Source: Candidatus Bathyarchaeia archaeon
GTDB taxonomy: Archaea > Thermoproteota > Bathyarchaeia > TCS64
Reading direction: 5' to 3'
Length of the DNA: 17,777 bases
Assembly (NCBI GenBank): GCA_050014495.1
Contig: JBEKDF010000048.1
Span: 1-17,777 of the forward strand
Shown here: positions 1 to 7,089 of the stretch, piece after piece
How the letters are laid out: the number at the start of each line of letters is the position of its first letter
Position numbering within the stretch: position 1 is the first letter of the stretch
The notes under the pieces: model-generated
The model's database searches: none
What the model saw: the letters and a program-made list of their open reading frames with translations, nothing else
What the model was told of the DNA's origin: nothing
Position numbers and translations under genes: made by a program

Positions 1-102
1 GTTCATCTTGTCCTAAGTGAACTCACCTCCTAGGGTTAGGCAGACCATTGGGGGACGAGACCCCAACTATCAAAATAAGCTTATATTAGCCCTGATGAAT
101 TT

Positions 103-123
103 CGGGACAAGCCAGCGCGCGCA
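103..123 (-). repeat. Element-end-like motif: (RY)n tract + CTGGCTTGTCCCG
   Basis: Minus strand reads TGCGCGCG-CT-GGCTTGTCCCG. 12/13 identical to CTGCCTTGTCCCG at 7090-7102 and similar to the reverse complement of 7546-7558. Confidence 0.55.
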
Positions 124-208
124 AAAGATAATTGGAATCAACTGCGCGCGCCTGTTCGAACATGCTTTAATCGCCTAGGCTTCAATGCCTTATAAACGAT
201 GAACCCCA

Positions 209-1018
209 TTACTTGTCAACGGTCTTTTTTTGTGATCGCATATAGAAGACTATCGCAACGACAACTACAACAACGCCAACTATTGCTAATAACGGGGTAA
301 AGTTTTGCTGTGCACTTTGACTGTTTGAATTATTATCGCTACTTCCTAGAACACTAGTGTAGCTGCTCCCTGATGATTGTGGCCTAGAGTCGGCAATTGT
401 CTGCGCGCTTCTGGCTTGATCATAGTAGTTACTGGCTTGTTGAAGTTTGTTAACGGCATCGTACCATTGACCCTGCTGCGCTGACGAACTAGCTAAGGAA
501 TAAGCGGTGTTTGCCTGCTGTAGATACGATTGTGCGGTTGGATCACTGAATCCCGAATAAGAATCACGCTTGTCCGATACAGTGTTTATTAAATTATTGT
601 AGCTTTTTTCGTAGGCGTCGCCGACGTAAAGAGAACTGGATATCACTGTCTGTGAACCGAGTAGCAGCCCGTTGTCAACCCAGACAACTTTGTAGGTGTG
701 ATAACCCACAGCAACATTGCTGGGTATTGAGAAGTCGAAGGTGAATGTCCCCGTGTACTTTGATGCGATAGTCGGCGTCTGCGGTGCTATAAATGCAACT
801 TTTTGATCGGTTTGCCAGTCGAATTGCAGGTAGCACTGTTTAGTCGTAATCTGATAGCTTGTGTGGTCATTATAAAGAACTACAGTGAGTCGTCCATTAT
901 CTCCCTGGTAGTACCTCGATTGATCAAAGTCGGAGGAATTAGCTTGTTGTGCCTTAGCAATGGGGATCATCATTAAAACTAAGATACCTACAATAATCAT
1001 TTTCTTTGAGTTTAACAT
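209..1018 (-). CDS. Secreted, C-terminally membrane-anchored hypothetical protein
   Basis: N-terminal signal peptide (KKMIIVGILVLMMIPIAKA), beta-rich Ig-like region, helical region, Ser/Asn linker, C-terminal TM helix followed by a basic tail. Confidence 0.8.
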   Translation of the reverse strand: MLNSKKMIIVGILVLMMIPIAKAQQANSSDFDQSRYYQGDNGRLTVVLYNDHTSYQITTKQCYLQFDWQTDQKVAFIAPQTPTIASKYTGTFTFDFSIPSNVAVGYHTYKVVWVDNGLLLGSQTVISSSLYVGDAYEKSYNNLINTVSDKRDSYSGFSDPTAQSYLQQANTAYSLASSSAQQGQWYDAVNKLQQASNYYDQARSAQTIADSRPQSSGSSYTSVLGSSDNNSNSQSAQQNFTPLLAIVGVVVVVVAIVFYMRSQKKTVDK

Positions 1019-1140
1019 TGCAGTTTCATCGTTGAACTCATTTCTTATTTAACCTTTATAGATTCTGAAACAATCAATTCGCTTTCAAATCCTGATAGTA
1101 AGCGCGAACTTCCCGCCAAACAAGGTAGTTAATTCAGGTT

Positions 1141-1263
1141 TCAACTGAGGGCGCGTCCATTCTTCAGTAGGTTTGCTAGAGTAACTAGGTCTATCTCGAC
1201 ATCGTCGTGCAGCTTGGCTCTGGCATCCTCTTTGTATGCATCCTTGTCGAATGAGAAGGCTAC
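1141..1263 (-). pseudogene. C-terminal remnant of an Mrr-like restriction endonuclease domain (as in methyltransferase-endonuclease fusions)
   Basis: Manual translation VAFSFDKDAYKEDARAKLHDDVEIDLVTLANLLKNGRALS* resembles, from recall, the 'VAFSF..GAY.E.ARAK....EI.L.TV..LL' tail. No start codon; it begins inside the RY tract at 1261-1274. Confidence 0.55.
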
Positions 1264-1403
1264 GCGTGCGCATAAAACAAGTCGAAGTACAATTGAAAAC
1301 TAGCGCACATAGCAATTATAGATTTTTAAAAATAGTAGTAATATATATTTAGTATTCTTAAACTTTATATTATTTATTACTTTTAGAAGGTTCTGCGACT
1401 ACT

Positions 1404-1574
1404 ATGGTAAGAGGATTTTGCGGTGTATGTGGTAAAGAAGTTGGCTCAATTTTAAAGCCTAAAGCATGGATCTGCCCATCTTGTAGAAAGGTCTTCTGTC
1501 AGGATTGTTGCCCCAAAGTTGGCCTAGTGTTCAAGAAACCAGCCTGTCCAAACTGTGGGGTCGAATGCAGATAA
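1404..1574 (+). CDS. Small Cys-rich zinc-finger protein (56 aa, four CxxC, RING-like spacing); absent from the ORF track
   Basis: MVRGFCGVCGKEVGSILKPKAWICPSCRKVFCQDCCPKVGLVFKKPACPNCGVECR*. AT-rich TATA-like region upstream. Confidence 0.8.
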   Translation: MVRGFCGVCGKEVGSILKPKAWICPSCRKVFCQDCCPKVGLVFKKPACPNCGVECR

Positions 1575-1583
1575 GTGAGCTAA

Positions 1584-1880
1584 TTGTTACTCCTTGACAA
1601 TAAAGAAAGCTTGGTGCTTCAAAGTCCAGCGAGGTACGAGGGAAAAGCTGGTAATCTATACCTCACCAATGCTAGGTTAATTTTCGAGTATATCGCTGGT
1701 CTTTTATCAAAAAAAACGTATAGAGCTTTAGACCTAAAACTAACGGATATATTATCTATACAAAATGATGAACGAGTTCAAAAACTCACTATTAAATCTA
1801 GTAGGAGAGCAGGCTTAATTTCTTTAACCGTTGAAAAACCTAATTATTGGGAATATCAAATCGGGCTAATGCTCGTTTAA
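1584..1880 (+). CDS. PH-like/GRAM-like domain protein
   Basis: GNLYLTNARLIFE motif typical of GRAM and bacterial PH-like folds. Starts 9 nt after the zinc-finger gene; T-rich tract follows the stop. Confidence 0.65.
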   Translation: MLLLDNKESLVLQSPARYEGKAGNLYLTNARLIFEYIAGLLSKKTYRALDLKLTDILSIQNDERVQKLTIKSSRRAGLISLTVEKPNYWEYQIGLMLV

Positions 1881-2013
1881 TTTTCCTTTCCTTAAATGCG
1901 TGCGCGTGTACGAAAGCTTAGACCAAAATCGACCGTTAAACTACCACTAGTGGTAGCATGTTAAACATTTAAGTTGCCCAGAGAGGAATATACATAGGAG
2001 CTTTGATACATTG

Positions 2014-2520
2014 ATGACCGTGAGCGACGAAACCCTATATGGAATCGCCAACGTACTAGGCGGCGAGCCGGGCATTGAGGTCATCAAGATTCTTAAGGAC
2101 AGGCAGGACATCACCGTCGAGGACATAAGCGCCGCGACTAACATCCAGATAAACGATGTACGAAAGCTCCTCTACAAATTCTACAACCACAGCCTCGTGA
2201 CTTCGAAGAGGTTCAGGGACAAGGAAACTGGGTGGTTCATTTTCCAGTGGCGACTCCAGCCGGAGCTAGTTGAGTCGTACATCCACGGGATGAAGCAGAA
2301 GATATTGAAGAAGCTTGAAACGAGGCTGGAGTTCGAGAGGCTTCATGAGTTCTACCACTGCGGCAACCCAACATGCCCAAAGACAACTTTTGAGGTCGCC
2401 ATGGAGACAGTCTTCAGATGCCCAACATGTGGCGAGCCCCTCCACCGACTCGACAACGCGGAAATCGTAGAATTCCTCGAGAAGAAGGTATCAGAGATCA
2501 AGGAGGAGTTAGAGGCCTGA
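2014..2520 (+). CDS. tfe: Transcription factor E (TFE alpha)
   Basis: Winged helix (VRKLLYKFYNHSLV...RDKETGWFIFQW) plus zinc ribbon (CGNPTC...FRCPTCG). Start ATG 2014 or TTG 2011. Confidence 0.95.
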   Translation: MTVSDETLYGIANVLGGEPGIEVIKILKDRQDITVEDISAATNIQINDVRKLLYKFYNHSLVTSKRFRDKETGWFIFQWRLQPELVESYIHGMKQKILKKLETRLEFERLHEFYHCGNPTCPKTTFEVAMETVFRCPTCGEPLHRLDNAEIVEFLEKKVSEIKEELEA

Positions 2521-3047
2521 GTCTCCCATCGCGGGAAGAATGCATCCATATCCTAAGGAAGGCTGGCTGCAGTAATGGAGTCATCGAGCACTGTATAAAT
2601 GTAACAAGAGTGGCAATGAGGATAGCGAACATCTACAGGAGCAAGGGGTATAGGGTGGACCTTAGGCTCGTCGAGTCCGGTGCTCTTCTCCACGACTTGG
2701 GGCGAGGGAAGACACATGGTATAGAGCATGGCGCTGTCGGTGGCCAAATGGCGAGACAACTTGGTATGCCGATGGAGCTCGCTCAGATTATAGAGCGCCA
2801 TGTGGGAGCCGGTCTAACCCCCCAAGAGGCTCGAAGGAATAATCTCCCAAAGGGAAGCTTCATCCCGGAGACCCTCGAGGAGAAGATAGTTTGTTACGCT
2901 GACAAACTCATCGAGGGTTCCCACGAGGTGGGGATCGACTCGACGATTGATAATTTCGCCCAGGAGCTCGGGAGTGATCACCCAGCTATCAAGAGGCTTC
3001 AAGATCTTCACAAAGAGATGACTGCTGTTCTCGGTGACAAATTCTAG
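2517..3047 (+). CDS. HD-domain (HDIG/TIGR00295-like) metal-dependent phosphohydrolase
   Basis: EHC, ALLHDLG, HGAVG, ERHVGAG and EEKIVCYADKL motifs. Commonly found next to tfe in archaea. Homology starts at LPSREECI, so the ORF-track start at 2418 is probably spurious. Confidence 0.88.
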   Translation: MSLPSREECIHILRKAGCSNGVIEHCINVTRVAMRIANIYRSKGYRVDLRLVESGALLHDLGRGKTHGIEHGAVGGQMARQLGMPMELAQIIERHVGAGLTPQEARRNNLPKGSFIPETLEEKIVCYADKLIEGSHEVGIDSTIDNFAQELGSDHPAIKRLQDLHKEMTAVLGDKF

Positions 3048-3089
3048 GCTGGGGTAGTTTCATATCTCCTAGACCCTACTCCACAACTA

Positions 3090-4256
3090 ATGGTCAACTT
3101 AAGTTTTGATAGTTGTCACGTCGTGGACGCCCACTGCCATCCATTCCTCCCTGGAAAAGAGAGTAGACCTTTTGAGGCCTACCTAACTCTCAGCGATCTT
3201 CCACAGAGGCGTGAGGACCTCACATCGACCATGCTCTACCGGTTGGTCATGCGGGATCTTGGCCGAGTCCTTCGTGTGAGTGGTGAAGATAGGATAATTG
3301 AGGAGAGACAGATGAGGGTGAAATCGGATCCAGCAAAGTACATTAGAATGCTCTTCGACGAGGCGAAGTTAGAGACTCTCCTCGTGGACTCAGGGTATCC
3401 CTTCAAGGAGTTCGTTGGTTATGAGATCGACCTAAAAGACTTCTCCGAGATGGTTGGTAGAGAGGTCCGAGAGATATTCAGGCTCGAGGTTGCTGTCCAC
3501 CTTTTACTGAAGGGCATCGTCCCCTATGATGAAGCCCTCGAGGAGTTTCGAATCCAGATAAGAAAGGCGGTTTCAAGTGGATGCATCGCATTGAAGACAA
3601 TAATCGCCTACCGGACCGGCCTTGCAGTAAAAATCTGGGATGCTGGATTCACAAAGCGATCATGGGAAGGGATGACTTCCTTGATGAGGGATGGTAAGAA
3701 GCCCGGTGCCGTTCTATCAGAGAGAAACGACAGAAACAAGTCTGTTTACGATACCTTCCTGAGGGTGGGTCTGGAAGAGGCGAAGCGTCTCGGCGTCCCG
3801 CTCCAGATACACACGGGCATGGGGGACAGCCCATCTATGGACCTTAGGAATGCTAAACCATCATTACTATATGATCTGCTCCAAGACCCCGTGGCCCGAG
3901 AGACGAACATCGTCCTCACACACGGGGGATATCCCTACATGGAGGAAGCGGCCTTCCTCGCGAACGCGTACCCAAACGTGTACATTGATCTCAGCGAGAC
4001 GATCCCCTTCACCTCTGTCGGGCTCAGTAATAGACTTCTCAGCCTCCTCGAGTTAGCTCCAACAACAAAAATAATGTACGGCTCCGATGGCTTCAACATC
4101 CCGGAACTCTATTGGTTCTCAGCCATTCACACGAAGAGAGTTTTAGCACAGACATTGAACGAACTGATAAAGCACGAGGGACTCGGAGAGGAGGAAGCTA
4201 TCCTCATTGCGAATAACTTCCTAGCTGGTAACGCTAGAAGATTATACCGACTCTAG
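3090..4256 (+). CDS. Amidohydrolase family protein (Amidohydro_2, FluG N-terminal-like)
   Basis: VDAHCH, LKTIIAYRTGL, QIHTGMGD, LTHGGYP and YGSDG motifs. Confidence 0.88.
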   Translation: MVNLSFDSCHVVDAHCHPFLPGKESRPFEAYLTLSDLPQRREDLTSTMLYRLVMRDLGRVLRVSGEDRIIEERQMRVKSDPAKYIRMLFDEAKLETLLVDSGYPFKEFVGYEIDLKDFSEMVGREVREIFRLEVAVHLLLKGIVPYDEALEEFRIQIRKAVSSGCIALKTIIAYRTGLAVKIWDAGFTKRSWEGMTSLMRDGKKPGAVLSERNDRNKSVYDTFLRVGLEEAKRLGVPLQIHTGMGDSPSMDLRNAKPSLLYDLLQDPVARETNIVLTHGGYPYMEEAAFLANAYPNVYIDLSETIPFTSVGLSNRLLSLLELAPTTKIMYGSDGFNIPELYWFSAIHTKRVLAQTLNELIKHEGLGEEEAILIANNFLAGNARRLYRL

Positions 4257-4262
4257 CCTAAC

Positions 4263-4273
4263 GGTTTTAAATA
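4263..4273 (+). promoter_or_regulatory. TATA box of tRNA-Val
   Basis: GGTTTTAAATA about 25-30 nt upstream of the tRNA 5' end. Confidence 0.65.
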
Positions 4274-4297
4274 TGCTACAACTCTCTTCACCGGATG

Positions 4298-4371
4298 GGG
4301 CCGGTCGTCCAGCATGGTAGGACGCCGCCCTTACGCGGCGGAAGTCGCCGGTTCAAGTCCGGCCCGGCCCA
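4298..4371 (+). tRNA. tRNA-Val(TAC), no intron, CCA not encoded
   Basis: Acceptor GGGCCGG/CCGGCCC+A; D stem GTCC/GGAC; anticodon stem CCGCC/GGCGG with loop CT-TAC-GC; T arm GCCGG-TTCAAGT-CCGGC. Confidence 0.97.
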
Positions 4372-4423
4372 TCATCATTACGGTTCAGAACCCTTATAAG
4401 GGCGATGGAACAAATTCTCGCTT

Positions 4424-5705
4424 ATGAAGGGACGCCTCTACGCCCCGCTACTCGAAGACCCAAAAATTAAGCGCTGGCACCAAAACTTAGCCCGTGGATC
4501 ACAAGTAACAGCCGACGTCTACCTCAGAAGACTAGGAAACTTCTGCGAGTCAACCAAAACCACACCACAACAACTCGCAGCAATGAACGAAGAAGAACTC
4601 TACAACCTACTACTAGACACAGTCACCAGCATGGAGAAGAACTACACCGGCAGCTACACACAATCCATAATAAAAGCCATCAAATCATGGCTAAAACACA
4701 ACGGAATCCAAGTCACGAAAGAGATCAAAATCAGGGGAGCCGAAGACGCCCCCACCCTCAAAGACGAGAAAGTACCCACACAGACTGAGCTCAAGAAAAT
4801 ATTCTTATCAACTGACTTGAAGGGTCGGACCGCTTCAGTCCTTGTAGCCCACAGTGGATTGAGACTTGAGACAGTTGGCAACTATTTGGGAGATGACGGG
4901 CTTAGGATCAGGGATCTACCTGAGCTCAAGGTTGAGGGCGAATCTATTGAGTTTGAGCAGATACCCACACTAGTAATCGTCAGAAAGGAAATCAGTAAAG
5001 CCGGCCACCAATACTTCTCATTCCTGTCTGAGGAGGGGTGCGGATACCTCAAAGACTACCTCGAAGCCAGAATGAGAGACGACGAAAAACTCGGAGCAGA
5101 TTCCCCGATTGTGACTCCTAAACAGAGGATGAAACCATTCATCAGATCCACCAACGTCGGCGACGTGATCAGAGACGGTATCCGTAAGGCTGGTTTCCCG
5201 TGGAGGCCCTACGTGCTCCGGTCATACTTTGACACTGAGATGATGCTCGCTGAGTCTAAGGGGCTTGTGCTTCGTGACTATCGTCAGTTCTGGATGGGTC
5301 ACAAGGGTGACATTGAGCATCGCTATACCTTGAATAAGGGTAGGTTGCCTGGTGAGGTTGTGGAGGATCTTCGTGGAGCGTATCGTCGGAGTCAGGAGTA
5401 TCTTGAGACGGGTAGATCTGAGTCTGATAGTGAGGAAAGGCTGAGGGATTCCTTCAGGAAGCAGCTTCTACTGGTAGCTGGGTTTACGTCTGAGGAGGTG
5501 GATGGGATGGATCTGTCTATGGATGATGCCTCCTTCCAGGAGATGGTTAGGAGGAGGCTTGGGGGTCAGTCTGGGGATGGGGGCGGTTCTCAGAGAGTTG
5601 TATCTGTTGGGGACGTGGATGGGTTCCTCTCCCGCGCGCGCGCGTCTGCCGGGGGATAGGATCATTCTGAGGGGACCTGGAGAGTTTTCGCCGTCAAAGA
5701 GTTAG
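4424..5705 (+). CDS. Tyrosine recombinase/integrase next to tRNA-Val; extreme C-terminus frameshifted at a (CG)n tract
   Basis: HSGLR, YVLRSYF, WMGH and RY catalytic motifs; TTATAA about 25-30 nt upstream. The main frame stops at 5659, but the likely true tail LPGDRIILRGP...* continues in another frame to 5705. Confidence 0.85.
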
Positions 5706-5786
5706 TGGTTATCTGTTTGCTGAGAACCAACAGGGCTATTTTTCACATGTATTTATCGAATATTCCTTTCGCGCATGCGCGCTTCT

Positions 5787-5806
5787 ATGAGAACGTTTTC
5801 AGGAGA
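5787..5806 (+). repeat. IS110 sub-terminal inverted repeat (downstream end)
   Basis: ATGAGAACGTTTTCAGGAGA versus the reverse complement of 7064-7084, ATGAGAAACGTTTTCAGGAGA (one indel). Confidence 0.85.
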
Positions 5807-5830
5807 CCCGATGTCCGGGCGGCGTCCCAG

Positions 5831-6907
5831 TTAGTTCCGCAGGCCATCTAACGCTTTCTTACCCATGTTCTTAAGTTTTCTCTCCGTCAACCCCCTATTC
5901 TCGCCCCTGTAAGGCTCCTCCCTCACCAGCATGAAGTACATTATCCTCGCCATCTCATGGGCCACAGCCACCACTGCGCACCCAGCGCCCCTCCGCCGCG
6001 AAACCCGCTCATACATCCCTCCGAGCCTAGAATCATGCCGGACAGCAGTCTGAGCCGACTCCACCAACGCCCACCTCAACCTCTTATTACACGGACCCGA
6101 GACCCCACCGATCTTGGTCCGCTCCCCGGACTGGTGGACGCTTGGCACAAGCCCCATCCACGACGCGAACTCCTTGTCGCCGCGGAACCGGCCGACGTCG
6201 CCGACCTCCGACACAACGAGCATCGCGGTGAAGTACCCGACGCCCGTCATAGTCATCAACAGCCGCACACGCCGGTCCTCCGCCGCGAGTACCGCGATCT
6301 TCTCCTCAATAAGCGTAACCTGGGCGTCCACCGCCTCCAGGACCGCCAGGTCGCTTCTGAGTATGGCGTCGTCCATGAAGCCGAGGCTCAGCCCTCTCAG
6401 CCACTCGATGTTGTCCCTGCTGAAGGGCGTCGCTCCGGGCATGCGGAGCCCATGTTTGTCGAGGAGACCGTGGACCCGGTTCTTCACCTCTGTCCTGTTC
6501 TTCACCAGGTTCAGGCGGTGGCGGAGGAGTTCCCGGCGGCTCCTCAGCTCCTCTCCCGGCACGTAGCAGGTGAAGAGCATGTCGGCTCGGAGTAGCCCGG
6601 CTAGGGTTCTGGCGTCGACCTTGTCGGTCTTAACCTTCGCCTCCGCAATCAGCCTCGTCTTGGATGGGTTTGATAGGGCTACGTCGACTCCGCGTTCCTC
6701 GAGCCTGTCATGGATCGGGATCCACAGGTTCCCAGTGGACTCGACAACGGCCTTCACCTCGTCGTGGAGGGTTGTTAGCTTCACCGCGAACTCCTCGATT
6801 CCATCGGTGTCATTCGGGAAGCGCAGTTCATCAAGTAGGGTTCCATCCTCATCTAGGATGGCGGCTTGACACATCTTTTTATGGACGTCTATTCCCACGT
6901 ACTTCAC
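5831..6907 (-). CDS. IS110-family DEDD recombinase/transposase
   Basis: YVGIDVHK, VVESTG and KTDKVDA (DEDD), and GLVPSVHQSG (catalytic Ser). Likely start GTG 6907 after the RBS GAGGTGA; the ORF track uses 6916. Confidence 0.95.
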   Translation of the reverse strand: MKYVGIDVHKKMCQAAILDEDGTLLDELRFPNDTDGIEEFAVKLTTLHDEVKAVVESTGNLWIPIHDRLEERGVDVALSNPSKTRLIAEAKVKTDKVDARTLAGLLRADMLFTCYVPGEELRSRRELLRHRLNLVKNRTEVKNRVHGLLDKHGLRMPGATPFSRDNIEWLRGLSLGFMDDAILRSDLAVLEAVDAQVTLIEEKIAVLAAEDRRVRLLMTMTGVGYFTAMLVVSEVGDVGRFRGDKEFASWMGLVPSVHQSGERTKIGGVSGPCNKRLRWALVESAQTAVRHDSRLGGMYERVSRRRGAGCAVVAVAHEMARIMYFMLVREEPYRGENRGLTERKLKNMGKKALDGLRN

Positions 6908-7055
6908 GGGTGTCACCTCGGGTGGCCTGCGGGCGGCACGCTCCTATCGGGTCTCTCCACGGACCAGTCGGGTAGCCGCTCGGATCTGGCCCAGTCTGCC
7001 TTAAGGGTCTCACGTGGACCAAGCGCGCGGCGGGCCTAGGCCACCCGCGACACCC
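6908..7055 (-). ncRNA. Bridge/seek RNA of the IS110 element
   Basis: Outer stem 7038-7055/6908-6928 encloses two arms (6988-7036, 6930-6982). Each arm has a large internal loop capped by a GGUC..GACC hairpin. Loop strands match the insertion flanks and the element ends. Confidence 0.85.
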
Positions 7056-7063
7056 TCGGAGTC

Positions 7064-7084
7064 TCTCCTGAAAACGTTTCTCAT
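7064..7084 (-). repeat. IS110 sub-terminal inverted repeat (upstream end)
   Basis: Partner of 5787-5806, located 5 bp inside the CT core at 7090-7091. Confidence 0.85.
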
Positions 7085-7089
7085 ACCGT

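Noticed and set aside
115..151. GCGCGCGCA/TGCGCGCGC hairpin as a terminator
   Set aside because: Any two RY tracts are near-complementary, and archaeal terminators are mainly T-tracts. Better treated as two scar tracts.
1085..1315. 76-aa ORF from the track
   Set aside because: Wrong frame. The protein-like signal is the 1141-1263 remnant, and this ORF crosses the RY junction.
2418..2516. N-terminal extension of the HD protein
   Set aside because: Overlaps tfe by about 100 nt and has no family-like sequence.
5803..5823. GAGACCCGAT and CGGGCGGC at the IS 3' end echo arm 2 of the RNA (6946-6955 inverted, 6930-6937 direct)
   Set aside because: Short GC-rich matches that partly overlap the inverted repeat; cannot be distinguished from chance.
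5957..6975. Long plus-strand ORFs overlapping the transposase
   Set aside because: Antisense shadow ORFs of GC-rich coding DNA with no recognisable motifs.
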